Assembly: GCA_049322655.1 (NCBI GenBank)
Contig: JBMORP010000002.1
Coordinates: 107,714 to 171,713, forward strand
Source: Patescibacteria group bacterium
Lineage (GTDB): Bacteria; Patescibacteriota; Microgenomatia; UBA1400; PJMF01
Length of the DNA: 64,000 bases
Direction of reading: 5' to 3'
Part shown: piece after piece, positions 9,308-19,886 of the stretch
How positions within the stretch are numbered: the first letter of the stretch is position 1
Layout of the letters: each line of letters starts with the position of its first letter
Notes under the pieces: model-generated
The model's database searches: none
What the model was told of the DNA's origin: nothing
Seen by the model: only the letters and a program-made list of their open reading frames with translations
Translations under genes and position numbers: made by a program

Positions 9308-10495
9308 ATGGCCAGTCACCTAAGTAAAATTTATAGTTGGTTATTAGCAGGAGCAATCCTGTTAGCACCACTTAATTTATTTTTAAGGTGGTTAGAAAGC
9401 CAAGCTTACCTTAATGGAATTTTTAGTGATTATTTAATAGCAAAAATTTGGTTAGCAGAAATTCCAATTTTTTTAATCATAATTATTTGGTTATTTAATG
9501 TAATCAAAAAAAAATCTATTATTTTTTTAAGAAACAAATTATTTATTTTTTTATTATTAGTAATTTTTATTCGACAATTTTTTACTAATAATGATTTATT
9601 AGCCATAATCTCATTTTTTAGATTTTTAGAACTAGGTTTATTAATTTTATTTCTTAAAAGTAATTTTTACCAATTAAATAAAAGCTTAATTTATTCAGCT
9701 TTTGTTCTGAGCTTCTTTGGACAAATTATTTTAGCTAATAGCCAGTTTTTTTTACAAAGAAACCTATTTGACTACCACTTCTTGGGTGAAACTAGCCTGA
9801 CTAACTCCTTAAATATCGCCAAAGTTAACTTTAAAACAGGCCAAGTCATCAATCCTTACGGCTCAACCGCTCATCCAAATATTCTGGCTGGCTTTTTGGT
9901 AATCAATGCCATCATCCTGTTAAAAAAACTTGAACTTAATAAAAAAACCTCGATTTACTTAGGTTGGTTGCTAATCATTATGACTAGTTGGACGCTATTT
10001 CTCACTCAAGCCTATTCAGCCATTGCTAGTTTTATTATTTTTCTAATTTTGCAAACCTTTAAACAATTGCAAAAAAAACTATCACTTAACTGGCTTCTTC
10101 TAAGCATCATCATCATCCCAATTATTCTAAGTTGGTTCAATCAACTGGATCAACTTTCAATTACTAGAAGAGTTTCCTTAAATCAACAAACCATTAAGAT
10201 TTGGCTTGATCATTTTTTCTGGGGAACTGGCCTAAATAATTTTCTTTACTATTTAAAACCTAATACCACAGAGGTAATTAGATTCATTCAACCGGTTCAC
10301 CACAGCTTATTGCTATGGTTAGCCGAAGTTGGCTTGGTCGGAGCTGGTTTAATTGTTTGTCTTAAAGATGAACTTAAAAAAAGGAATGTTTTAACAACTC
10401 TGTTTATCATTCTCCCGCTCATCGCTCTGGATCACTATCTACTCACTCAATGGTTGGGGGGATGGTTGTTAATATTAGCTATAACTCTATTGTAG
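9308..10495 (+). CDS. polytopic membrane protein, O-antigen ligase/polymerase (Wzy_C)-like
   Basis: More than 10 predicted TM helices. A periplasmic loop with FWGTGLNNF...HHSLLLWLAEVGLVGAG resembles the Wzy_C/WaaL/PglL family. Confidence 0.4.
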   Translation: MASHLSKIYSWLLAGAILLAPLNLFLRWLESQAYLNGIFSDYLIAKIWLAEIPIFLIIIIWLFNVIKKKSIIFLRNKLFIFLLLVIFIRQFFTNNDLLAIISFFRFLELGLLILFLKSNFYQLNKSLIYSAFVLSFFGQIILANSQFFLQRNLFDYHFLGETSLTNSLNIAKVNFKTGQVINPYGSTAHPNILAGFLVINAIILLKKLELNKKTSIYLGWLLIIMTSWTLFLTQAYSAIASFIIFLILQTFKQLQKKLSLNWLLLSIIIIPIILSWFNQLDQLSITRRVSLNQQTIKIWLDHFFWGTGLNNFLYYLKPNTTEVIRFIQPVHHSLLLWLAEVGLVGAGLIVCLKDELKKRNVLTTLFIILPLIALDHYLLTQWLGGWLLILAITLL

Positions 10496-13238
10496 GAACT
10501 ACTCCGGTTGGAATTGGAGCAGTGGTAGGAGTAGGAGAGGGGATTGGAGTTGGTTCTGGATCTTTCCAATCAGCGCCTCCAGCCCCCAACCTAATAGTAT
10601 TACTTTTAGCTTCTTTGCCATCCCTAGAGAAAGCTTTAGCATAAAGCTCGTGTTTACCAGTTGGAAAATTCAGCCAGCCACGGTATTTATAATCATTGAT
10701 GGTTTCTTTCTTCTCACCATCTAGATAAATCTCAATACGATCAATACCTGCATTACTCCCTGCATCAATATGAACTTCGATTTTGTTGTCACCATAAACC
10801 TTTTCATTTTCTGGTTTGCTAATTCGCACAAACACTTCACTAGTATCGCCACAATATTCTGTCGGAATTTTATATCTGGAATCATCCTGACCACCAATCC
10901 AAGCATTGATCGCTTCCTGCCAACGATTTTTACCATCCTGACTAAAAGGGTCTGCCTCTTGCAAAATAATAAACTCTCTTTCATTAAAATCTCCGCCACT
11001 AACTTTAGAAGCGGTGGCTAACTTGCTCTCATCATCGCGACAAACTTTCAGTTTGGCATGAATGGGATCTGGCACAGTTGGTACCGTTCCTTTTAAGAAA
11101 TAGTCAAATTTGGTTGGAAAACCATCATGAGCTGGATAACCAGAAATACTATCTACTTCAACTCGCTCAACATCTTCAGGAACCACCCAGTCTGGCGCAC
11201 CATAACCCATATCCAAGGCTGCAAAAATAATTCTTCGCCAAATTGGAGAGGCACCAGTCACACCTGAAGCCACTCTGGTCATAGAAGTATTATTGTTATT
11301 ACCCACCCAAGTACCAACAATTACTTCCTGACTCCAACCAATCGTCCAGTTATCTTTTTGGTCATTGGTCGTACCAGTTTTAACTGCAATTGGTTTGCCA
11401 GTATTGAGTAGAGAATTGGCTCCAAAAGCTAATAATCTAGCATTATTATCAGCCAAAACATCATTAATTAAAAAAGCCTCACCCTCTGACATCACCCGTT
11501 TGCCTTCGACTTGTTTGTGTTCGAATAACACCCGGCCATCTTTATCCTCAACTTTTAAAATTGCCACTGGTTTAACTTTTAAACCACTATTGGCAAAAGC
11601 ACTATAAGCCGTCACTGTATCTAGTAAATGAACTTCAGCACCACCCAAAGTTACGGCCAAACCAAATCTTTTCATATTGTCATCGGTTGGCTCAAGGGTG
11701 GCAAAACCCATGTCATAAGCTGTCTGCAAGAACTCTTTGACTCCTACAATCGCCACACTTTTAACGGCCGGAATATTAAGAGAACTACCCAAACTGCTCC
11801 TCAAACTAACCGGCCCACGAAACTCTCCATCATAGTTTTTGGGTTTATATTCATCGGCACTTTCGTTGGGTTTAAAGATTGTCTCAGCATCAACAAGCAT
11901 TGAGGCTGGACTATAACCTCTGCGGAACATTGCCAAATAGGTAACTGGCTTAATTGAAGAACCTGGTTGCCTCAAACCATCAGCCGCAACATTAAATTGA
12001 CCATCTATGTCCTGATCAAAAAAGTCTTTACTCCCAACCATACTCAAAATCTCTCCAGTTTTAGGATTCATTACCACTGCAGCCCCGTTAGTAATGTTGT
12101 AGGCTTCCACTCCTTCAACCTCTTCAGTCACAATACTTTGAGCTTGTTGATGCAAAGGTAAGTCAAGCGTCGTTGTGACCTTCAAGCCACCTTTTTCCAC
12201 CAAATCCGGACCAAACATTTCTTCCAGCTGATCTCTCACATAAAACACAAAGTGGGGGGCCTTAATATCTGTTTCTGTGGTATTAAATTCTAGAGAATCC
12301 AACTTAGCTATTTCTTCCTCCATTTGTAATTTAGTAATATTGCCATTTTTTTCCATTGCTCGCAAAACACTTTCTGTTCTAATCTTCCAATAGGGAACAC
12401 CAGCCTCATCTTTTTTGCCAGAAAAAGGGGAATAAACACTAGGACGTTGAGGTAAACCAGCCAGGAAAGCTGCTTCAGTTAAACTCAATTCCGAAACATC
12501 TTTGTTAAAGTAGAGTTCTGCAGCAGTACCGACTCCCCAAGCAGTCCCTCCATAGGGAGCTTCATTTAAATACATCTCCAAAATTTGGTCCTTGGTAAAG
12601 GTCCTTTCAATTTGAATTGATAAAACTAACTCTTTAAATTTTCTAGAAATCGTTCGTTCATTAGTTAAGAGCGCATTCTTCACCAACTGTTGGGTGAGCG
12701 TAGAGCCACCGACCACTCTTTGTCTAAAAACCATATTGTAAGGAATACGAACAACAGTCAATAAATCAAAGCCACCATGTTTATAAAAATCTTTATCTTC
12801 AATCGCCACTGTAGCCTGCTTTAAGTATTCTGGAAGCTGATTTAAAGTAATGGGATTACGTCTTTCATTATCATATAAGTCATAAAGTAACTCACCATCA
12901 CGATCGTAAATCTTGGTACTAAAACCTTCTCGACGAATAACTTCACCTGGTTTAGGCAAATCTTTGGAGTACCAAGCAAATAAACCCAGAAAACCAAAAA
13001 TGCCCACCACCACGCCAATGACAGAGACCCGAGCAATTAATCTCATTCTTTGAGCTTTTAATAGTTCTTGTTGCACTGGAGATAAATGTCTATTTCTTGA
13101 TCTACTTCTAGAAAACTTAATCGTATAAACCTTGATTTTTCTGGCCAATTTTCTATAAATTGATTTGGTTTTATCAGCAATCGCAGTCAAATTAATTTCC
13201 ATGGTGATTGTATTGTAGCAGAAAAACACCCTGACCAA
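10479..13238 (-). CDS. class A penicillin-binding protein (transglycosylase/transpeptidase) with a C-terminal Ig-like extension and a Pro/Thr-rich tail
   Basis: GT51 motif RVVGGSTLTQQLVKN. Transpeptidase SSIKP (SxxK) and KTGTTND (KTG). N-terminal TM anchor. C-terminal PEPTPIPSPTPTTAPIPTG. Confidence 0.85.
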   Translation of the reverse strand: MVRVFFCYNTITMEINLTAIADKTKSIYRKLARKIKVYTIKFSRSRSRNRHLSPVQQELLKAQRMRLIARVSVIGVVVGIFGFLGLFAWYSKDLPKPGEVIRREGFSTKIYDRDGELLYDLYDNERRNPITLNQLPEYLKQATVAIEDKDFYKHGGFDLLTVVRIPYNMVFRQRVVGGSTLTQQLVKNALLTNERTISRKFKELVLSIQIERTFTKDQILEMYLNEAPYGGTAWGVGTAAELYFNKDVSELSLTEAAFLAGLPQRPSVYSPFSGKKDEAGVPYWKIRTESVLRAMEKNGNITKLQMEEEIAKLDSLEFNTTETDIKAPHFVFYVRDQLEEMFGPDLVEKGGLKVTTTLDLPLHQQAQSIVTEEVEGVEAYNITNGAAVVMNPKTGEILSMVGSKDFFDQDIDGQFNVAADGLRQPGSSIKPVTYLAMFRRGYSPASMLVDAETIFKPNESADEYKPKNYDGEFRGPVSLRSSLGSSLNIPAVKSVAIVGVKEFLQTAYDMGFATLEPTDDNMKRFGLAVTLGGAEVHLLDTVTAYSAFANSGLKVKPVAILKVEDKDGRVLFEHKQVEGKRVMSEGEAFLINDVLADNNARLLAFGANSLLNTGKPIAVKTGTTNDQKDNWTIGWSQEVIVGTWVGNNNNTSMTRVASGVTGASPIWRRIIFAALDMGYGAPDWVVPEDVERVEVDSISGYPAHDGFPTKFDYFLKGTVPTVPDPIHAKLKVCRDDESKLATASKVSGGDFNEREFIILQEADPFSQDGKNRWQEAINAWIGGQDDSRYKIPTEYCGDTSEVFVRISKPENEKVYGDNKIEVHIDAGSNAGIDRIEIYLDGEKKETINDYKYRGWLNFPTGKHELYAKAFSRDGKEAKSNTIRLGAGGADWKDPEPTPIPSPTPTTAPIPTGVVPTIEL

Positions 13239-13285
13239 ATCAAGAAGGTGTTATAGAATAACGAATAGTAAGCGGAAAGATATTT

Positions 13286-14479
13286 ATGCTAAAAAAAACT
13301 AGTTTTCCCATTGAAGAGGTCATTTCTAGAGGAGTTGCCGAGATTTTACCCAACAAAGAAACTTTTTTGACCAAACTAAAAACCAATAAAATTAAATTGT
13401 ATCTAGGTATCGATCCTACCGGAGCTAATCTTCACTTGGGCCACTCAGTTGTTTTGAGAAAACTGCAACAATTTGCCAAGTTGGGCCACGAAGTAATTTT
13501 ACTGATTGGTAATGGAACCGTTAAAATTGGTGATCCTACAGGCAGAGATGAATCCAGACCCATCTTAACTGATCAGCAGATTGAAGAAAATTTTGCTACT
13601 TGGAAAACCCAAGCTAGTAAAATCTTAGATTTCAACTTAATTAAAATTCAACGCAATGGTGATTGGTTAGATAAATTGACTTTTCCAGACATGGTTAAGA
13701 TCATGGCCAAAACCACTGTTCAACAACTAATGGAACGAGATATGTTCCAAGAAAGACTAAAAAATGGTCTACCGATTCATGGTCACGAAATTATCTACCC
13801 ATTAATGCAAGGCTACGATTCAGTGGCGATGAATGTTGATTTGGAGATTGGTGGTACCGATCAGACCTTCAACATGATGATGGGCAGAACTCTCCAAAGA
13901 GCATACAACAACAAAGAAAAATGGGTTTTAACTACACCAATTATCAATGGTACTGATGGTAGAAAAATGAGCAAATCATTTAATAATTTTGTCTCTTTAA
14001 GTGAGGCCCCCAATGAGATGTATGGCAAACTAATGAGCGTTGCTGATGAGTTGATCATTGAGTATTTCACTTTACTAACCGATGTTCATCAACAAGAAAT
14101 TGAAGCAATTCAACAAAGAATAGCAAATGGAGACAATCCAATGCAATGGAAAAAACAACTAGCCTGGGAAATTACTGCTTCATATCATTCTGTTGAGGTA
14201 GCTGATCAAGCTCAGACCCACTTTGAAAATACCGTCCAAAATAAACAAGTTGATAGTGCCACTGTAGTGAGTAGAGTAGAGTTAGCTAACAAAACAGCTC
14301 TAGAAATCATGGTAACTTTAACCAAAGAAAGTAATAGTCAATCAAGAAGATTAATTGAACAAGGAGCCTTAACTTTACTACCAAGTGAAGAAAAAATCAC
14401 TGAGCCCAATCAAATCCCAGACCTAACCCTGATTGCTGGACTCAAAATCGGTAAAAAACGTTTTTATAAATTGGTTTGA
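13286..14479 (+). CDS. tyrS: tyrosine--tRNA ligase (class I aaRS; TyrS, less likely TrpS)
   Basis: GIDPTGANLHLGH (HIGH-type), KMSKS at about residue 230, IGDPTGRDESR. Confidence 0.7.
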   Translation: MLKKTSFPIEEVISRGVAEILPNKETFLTKLKTNKIKLYLGIDPTGANLHLGHSVVLRKLQQFAKLGHEVILLIGNGTVKIGDPTGRDESRPILTDQQIEENFATWKTQASKILDFNLIKIQRNGDWLDKLTFPDMVKIMAKTTVQQLMERDMFQERLKNGLPIHGHEIIYPLMQGYDSVAMNVDLEIGGTDQTFNMMMGRTLQRAYNNKEKWVLTTPIINGTDGRKMSKSFNNFVSLSEAPNEMYGKLMSVADELIIEYFTLLTDVHQQEIEAIQQRIANGDNPMQWKKQLAWEITASYHSVEVADQAQTHFENTVQNKQVDSATVVSRVELANKTALEIMVTLTKESNSQSRRLIEQGALTLLPSEEKITEPNQIPDLTLIAGLKIGKKRFYKLV

Positions 14480-14480
14480 G

Positions 14481-14582
14481 ATGACTAAAAAACAACGAGA
14501 AAAACTGATTAAAACTTTTGCTATTCTAGCCATTACTGGTTTGATTGCTAGTAGTTTAATCAGCATGTTTATTATTTTTTAA
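14481..14582 (+). CDS. possible 33-aa single-TM micropeptide
   Basis: MTKKQREKLIKTFAILAITGLIASSLISMFIIF*. It starts 2 nt after the tyrS stop. Weak evidence only. Confidence 0.2.
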   Translation: MTKKQREKLIKTFAILAITGLIASSLISMFIIF

Positions 14583-14601
14583 GTGTTAAACTTAACCTTA
14601 G

Positions 14602-16602
14602 ATGTACCGACTTAATGAATCAATTCATGTTATTAAGGGTGTTGGTCCAGCTTTAGCTAGAGATTTAGAAGCCAAAGAGATCAGACAAATCTCTGATTTG
14701 TTGCTCAAATTACCATTTCGCTATGAAGATAGATCTCAAATAGTGACGATTGATCAATTGACAGTTAATCAGCTGATCACTTTCAAAGCTCATGTCATGA
14801 GCTGTTCAACTTCTTACCGAGGTAGAAGAATCATGACCAGAGCAACTCTTCAAGATTCAACTGGTCGTATTCAAGCGATTTGGTTTAATAATCGTTTTTT
14901 AAAAAACCAACTCAAAAAAGGCAGTGAGTGGTTTTTTTCTGGAAAGATTTCTGAAAGAAAAATCCTAGTCCAAGCAACAATCGAAGCAGTAAAAACAGAC
15001 ACTGTCCATACTGGTCGATTGGTTCCTTTATATTCATCACTAGGTAACAAACTTAAACTTGGTACCTTTAGAAGAATTATCAAGGAAATCACTGATAGAT
15101 TAGCTGATACAACAGACGGTTTGGATACTATTCAGCATCAATTTCCAAAACTTTCTCAAGCATTAAGAATTGTTCATTTCCCTGAACCTAATGATGATGT
15201 CCCTTTAGCTAGAGAAAGATTAGCTTTGGAAGAATTAATTGCTTTAATTAAACATTCTCAGCAAGTTAAACAAGACTGGAAAAATAAACATAGTGCCTTC
15301 GCTATCCAGCTACCAACAACCAGCTACCAACAATGGCTAACTAAAAAATTGCCTTTTGAACTGACAACTGCTCAACAACAAGCCGTCAATGAACTGCTTA
15401 ATGATTTGCAAGCTAACACCCCAATGAATAGATTGTTGATCGGTGATGTTGGTTCTGGAAAAACAGTAGTTGTAGGGATTGCGGCTTTTGCTACTGTCAA
15501 ACTAAATCAACATAATGCTGTTTTAGTAGCACCTACCCAAATCTTGGCCCAACAGCACCTGCAATCACTAACCAAACTTTTTCCAGACTTAAATATTGAA
15601 CTAGTTACCACCAAAGAAGCTAAAAAATTTAAACCTAACTCAAAACCAACCCTATATGTTGGTACCCATGCCGTTATTAACAAACTTACAGAGATCAATC
15701 CTGTTTTGGTGGCTTATGACGAGCAACATCGTTTTGGTGTCAAACAACGAACCACACTACCACTGAAACATGGTACTCCACATACTCTAACTCTATCTGC
15801 TACCCCTATCCCCAGAAGCTTAATGCTGACTTTATTTAGTCATTTAAGCTTAAGCACCATTGATCAAATGCCTCAAGGTAGAATTCCCTCTAAAACATGG
15901 CTTGTCAGCAATACTAAAAAACAAGATTCATTAAACTGGATTGCTGAAACTATTAACAAAACCACTGGCCAAGCCTTAATTGTTTGCCCATTTATTGAGC
16001 CATCTAGCAGTGAAACTTTAGCTGGGGTAACTGCTGCTAAAGAATTATTTACCAACATCAAAAATTTTTACCAGCAAACCGCACCGAAGCTTAAAGTTGG
16101 TTTACTACATGGCAAACTTTCAAGCCAGGTTAAACAACAAGTGATCGATGATCTGTTTCAGCAAAAAATAGATATTTTGATTACCACACCAGTAGTTGAA
16201 GTTGGAGTAGATCTGCCAAAAGCCAATATTATAGTGGTCGAAGCTGCTGAACGTTTTGGTCTGGCTAGTTTGCATCAACTTCGTGGTCGGGTTGGCCGAG
16301 CTGGACAAGAAAGTTATTGCTTGCTATTCACAAACTCAAATTCAGCAGCAACTAAGAAAAGACTAACTATTTTTACTAAAGAAAATAATGGGTTGAAACT
16401 CGCTGAACAAGATTTGCAAAATAGGGGAGCAGGCGATTTATTTGGCTTTCAACAACATGGTTTTGGCAATTTACAGTTCGCTTCATGGACAAACCTAGAA
16501 TTAATTCAAACTGCTCACCAGCTATATAAAAAAGTAGCCTCGATTAATGACTGGCAACCACTTATTAGTTTTAAAAACGATAATTTTCCAACCAATAATT
16601 AA
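14602..16602 (+). CDS. recG: ATP-dependent DNA helicase RecG
   Basis: Walker A GDVGSGKT, DEQHRFGV, LSATPIPRS, QLRGRVGR. Confidence 0.85.
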   Translation: MYRLNESIHVIKGVGPALARDLEAKEIRQISDLLLKLPFRYEDRSQIVTIDQLTVNQLITFKAHVMSCSTSYRGRRIMTRATLQDSTGRIQAIWFNNRFLKNQLKKGSEWFFSGKISERKILVQATIEAVKTDTVHTGRLVPLYSSLGNKLKLGTFRRIIKEITDRLADTTDGLDTIQHQFPKLSQALRIVHFPEPNDDVPLARERLALEELIALIKHSQQVKQDWKNKHSAFAIQLPTTSYQQWLTKKLPFELTTAQQQAVNELLNDLQANTPMNRLLIGDVGSGKTVVVGIAAFATVKLNQHNAVLVAPTQILAQQHLQSLTKLFPDLNIELVTTKEAKKFKPNSKPTLYVGTHAVINKLTEINPVLVAYDEQHRFGVKQRTTLPLKHGTPHTLTLSATPIPRSLMLTLFSHLSLSTIDQMPQGRIPSKTWLVSNTKKQDSLNWIAETINKTTGQALIVCPFIEPSSSETLAGVTAAKELFTNIKNFYQQTAPKLKVGLLHGKLSSQVKQQVIDDLFQQKIDILITTPVVEVGVDLPKANIIVVEAAERFGLASLHQLRGRVGRAGQESYCLLFTNSNSAATKKRLTIFTKENNGLKLAEQDLQNRGAGDLFGFQQHGFGNLQFASWTNLELIQTAHQLYKKVASINDWQPLISFKNDNFPTNN

Positions 16603-16657
16603 ACTAGTCCCTCAAGTTTTCATGCTTGTTTCTTGAGAAAAATACCCGTATCATGGA

Positions 16658-17464
16658 ATGGCGATGAAAAAGTATCTTCACCTTCTAAAAAACAATAATC
16701 AAGGTCAAGTCGGCTTGATTGTCTTGCTTATTATGGTTGTTATTTTGGCTTTAGGCTTATCCTTAGCAGCCAGAACCTCACAACAAGCAGAAATTGCCAT
16801 TCAACAAGAAGATACCACCAGAGTGTTTAATGCTGCAGAATCTGGAGTAGAGGCGGCTTTAGCTAATATCTTTCAAGCTGAATCTGCTGGCACAATTAAT
16901 GACCTATCAGAAGATATTGAATCTCTGGATCTGTCAGGCAGTGACTCCAATGTTAATTACAATATTACGAAAAGTAATATCCTGGAAACCCACCTTAAAC
17001 AAGGAACTAGTACTGAGTTAAAAGTCCCAGCTGCTGGAAGCATTAGTTTTTATTGGGCAACCGAAGCAGAGTGTTTAGAGACGGCCTCATTACTATTATC
17101 TGTCTATGCTAATAATGGCTCAGATGTTACCGCCAAACACTTTGCAGTCGGAGATTGTAGTGGCGCTAGTACCAGAGGTGATAACTTCATCTCTAATGAT
17201 CCTGGACCAAGTCCTTACAAATATGGTTACACCCTGTTTACCTCTGCTGATGATTTATTTGTTAGAGTTAAACCGGTTTACAATGACACCGATATTAAAA
17301 TTGTTGGCTCACCAGCAGTTAGCCAATTTACCATTAACTCTCAGGCTCAAAATACTTTAGCCAGCCAAGAAACCAGAACTTTTGAAGTAAAAAGAACGCT
17401 TTCTACTGCCCCAGCTTTCATGGAATATGCTTTGGTCAGTGGAAGCTCAATTATTAAGAATTAA
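16658..17464 (+). CDS. PilX N-terminal domain-like pilus assembly protein / minor pilin
   Basis: N-terminus QGQVGLIVLLIMVVILALGLSLAARTSQQAEIAIQQEDTTRVFNAAESGVEAAL matches the PilX_N pattern. Immediately upstream of pilMNO. Confidence 0.45.
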   Translation: MAMKKYLHLLKNNNQGQVGLIVLLIMVVILALGLSLAARTSQQAEIAIQQEDTTRVFNAAESGVEAALANIFQAESAGTINDLSEDIESLDLSGSDSNVNYNITKSNILETHLKQGTSTELKVPAAGSISFYWATEAECLETASLLLSVYANNGSDVTAKHFAVGDCSGASTRGDNFISNDPGPSPYKYGYTLFTSADDLFVRVKPVYNDTDIKIVGSPAVSQFTINSQAQNTLASQETRTFEVKRTLSTAPAFMEYALVSGSSIIKN

Positions 17465-17469
17465 AAAAA

Positions 17470-18477
17470 ATGCCTGCCACTGCCATTGATATCGGTACTT
17501 ATGCCGTTAAAGTCGTTACTGCTGATCCTGGTCCACAGCCAAATATTCACCGGGTAGTAGAAGTCGTTAATCCTTTTGGTGTAGCCATCCCCACTGATGA
17601 TCTCCAAGTTGAACAACTAGGTGAGTTAATTAATAACTTGATTTTTGATAATAAACTTACTCATACAGATTTGAGATTAAGTTTGCCAGAAGCAATGGTT
17701 TCTTCCAAAATCATCTCAATTCCACCATTAACTGACTCAGAACTAGCCTCAGCTATCGGCTGGCAAGCTGAACAACATATTCCTATCCAAAAAGAAGATT
17801 TATCCTTGCAATACAAAGTGCTTTATCGCCCAGAAAAAGGCAACTCCAAGACTCCAATGAGAGTACTATTAATCGGCACTAGGAAATCAATTGTTGATAA
17901 ATATGTTAATATGTTTATCGCCATGGGCATTGAGCCCACAGTGCTAGAAACTCAAGTTCTGTCCATTCTCAGAACTCTAGATATTACTGCCCAGGAACCA
18001 CCCACCATGCTCCTGAATTTAGGAGCAACCAACATGGATGTGGCTGTGGTTTTTCAGGGAGAAATTCAGTTTGTCTTCACTCACACTGGAGTTGGCGCTC
18101 TACTTACCAAAACTCTTCAACAAACCCTTGGTTTAGACTTACAACAGGCAGAACAATACAAGCGTTCTTATGGTCTAGATCCCAACCAATTTGAAGGCAA
18201 AGTTAGAAATGCACTTTTACCAATAATTAATGTTTTAATTAGTGAAATTCAGAAAGCTCAACGCTACTTTACTAGCCAATTTCCACAACATACGCTCTCT
18301 CGAGCAGTACTAACTGGAGGCTCATCACAACTTCCGGGCTTAGTAGAGCACCTCTCAGAAACCCTAGGCTCTGAGATTTTATTCGCCGCTCCGTTTGTTA
18401 CTGCTACCGGAGAAGTTCCAACTGAAAATCAACAAAATTTTTCTGTTTGTACTGGGCTATTAATGAGAGAAGTTTAG
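17470..18477 (+). CDS. pilM: type IV pilus assembly protein PilM (actin-like ATPase fold)
   Basis: AIDIGTYAVKVV N-terminal actin-like fold. About 335 aa. Followed by pilN and pilO. Confidence 0.75.
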   Translation: MPATAIDIGTYAVKVVTADPGPQPNIHRVVEVVNPFGVAIPTDDLQVEQLGELINNLIFDNKLTHTDLRLSLPEAMVSSKIISIPPLTDSELASAIGWQAEQHIPIQKEDLSLQYKVLYRPEKGNSKTPMRVLLIGTRKSIVDKYVNMFIAMGIEPTVLETQVLSILRTLDITAQEPPTMLLNLGATNMDVAVVFQGEIQFVFTHTGVGALLTKTLQQTLGLDLQQAEQYKRSYGLDPNQFEGKVRNALLPIINVLISEIQKAQRYFTSQFPQHTLSRAVLTGGSSQLPGLVEHLSETLGSEILFAAPFVTATGEVPTENQQNFSVCTGLLMREV

Positions 18478-18479
18478 TC

Positions 18480-19055
18480 ATGACTGAAATTAATTTTCTT
18501 AACCAGAGAAGATTATCTCTTGCCAAAGTAGGAGAGAAAGATGCTGTTTATCAAAAATATAGTTTGTGGGCTTTTGGTGGAGCCTTAACTTTATTTTTGA
18601 TTACCACTGGTTTTAATTTTTTCTTTGTCCAAAGACTCAAAGATCTTAATAAACAAGAAGCTACTCTGACTAGCCAAATTTCAGCTGAAGAAGAAACAGA
18701 GCTAACTTTTCTGATGTTTTCTCACAAACTCAAAACCGTAAAAGATATTTATCAAAATAGAAGTAATAAACAACAAGCCATCGATTATTTTTCTAACCTC
18801 TTTGGAAATCAAGTTTTTTTGTCTGGGATGAACTATGGAGATGGAGAAAAGGGCAATGCCTTATCGTTACGGCTTACTAGTGAAAACATTTTTGCCCTAG
18901 AAAAAATCTTGAATACTCTTGATCTAGATAGTGTTAAACAATCATTTTCTACCATTAATCGCAGCGGACTAAGAAGAGAAAACAATGGTACCTATAGCAT
19001 CGATCTGGCTGTGGAGTTACTAAAACAAGGAGACATTAATGCCAGTTCTCAATAA
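18480..19055 (+). CDS. pilN: type IV pilus assembly protein PilN
   Basis: INFLNQRR followed by a single TM helix. Start chosen at ATG 18480, overlapping the pilM stop. Confidence 0.6.
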   Translation: MTEINFLNQRRLSLAKVGEKDAVYQKYSLWAFGGALTLFLITTGFNFFFVQRLKDLNKQEATLTSQISAEEETELTFLMFSHKLKTVKDIYQNRSNKQQAIDYFSNLFGNQVFLSGMNYGDGEKGNALSLRLTSENIFALEKILNTLDLDSVKQSFSTINRSGLRRENNGTYSIDLAVELLKQGDINASSQ

Positions 19056-19872
19056 ACTTGATAGCAACTTCAATCTCTCTTTGCTCTTAAGCACCAGAAT
19101 GAACTTGGTCAAAGCAGTGGCCTTTGGTTTAACTGCTTTTGTGTTATTAATTCTTACTTACTACCAACTAACTGGTATTAGTGAAACCAGAAAAAAAATG
19201 GAAGTTACCCAAAAGAAAACTGACCAGCTAGCAAATAAAATCGCTGAGCTTGAGGCTCTTAAAACTACCCCTGAATATGCTCAAGCTCAAAAAATGAATG
19301 ATATCTTGCCATCTCATAAGCCTCTTTTAGAATTGTTAAATAATCTCAACTCAGTCGCTAGTGAAACCAATGTTTCTATCACTGAGTTTAAGATTAATCC
19401 TGGAGAAATCATTACTGAGGGCGAAGAAGCCCAAAAAGTCTCTGTGAAAAAGAAAAAAGCCGGTGACTATGACCAGCTGAATTTGGACTTAAGTATTGTT
19501 GGTGGCTTAGACCAAGTTAAGGAGTTTATGACCCTAATCGAAAGAGTTTCACCGATTACCACTATTACCAGTTTAACCATTGATCGAAAAGCCACTAATA
19601 TTGGTGATAATCAACAACTTACTAGAGCAGATTTATCCCTGAGTACTTATTATTACACTAAATCAGTCTCGGCTACCTTATCGGCGGCTATCCCTAGTAT
19701 TACTCAAGAAGAAAGAGCTATTTTTCAAGATATCATTGATTTTTCACCTTCACAGATCGAGAACCAAGTTGAAATAATTGGGGGAAATAACACCGATCTA
19801 TTTGGAATCGATGGTCTCAATGTTGGCGATTTGGAACAACAAATAGAAGATGAACTAACTTTTACTGAATAA
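19039..19872 (+). CDS. pilO: type IV pilus assembly protein PilO-like
   Basis: N-terminal TM helix followed by a coiled coil. Third gene of the pilMNO arrangement, overlapping the end of pilN. Confidence 0.55.
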   Translation: MPVLNKLDSNFNLSLLLSTRMNLVKAVAFGLTAFVLLILTYYQLTGISETRKKMEVTQKKTDQLANKIAELEALKTTPEYAQAQKMNDILPSHKPLLELLNNLNSVASETNVSITEFKINPGEIITEGEEAQKVSVKKKKAGDYDQLNLDLSIVGGLDQVKEFMTLIERVSPITTITSLTIDRKATNIGDNQQLTRADLSLSTYYYTKSVSATLSAAIPSITQEERAIFQDIIDFSPSQIENQVEIIGGNNTDLFGIDGLNVGDLEQQIEDELTFTE

Positions 19873-19886
19873 TTTCAGTAAACAAA

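Noticed and set aside
10450-10644. 64-aa ORF (Gly/Val-rich) on the plus strand
   Set aside because: It lies antisense within the PBP C-terminal PT-rich coding region. It is low-complexity and an artifact of that repeat.
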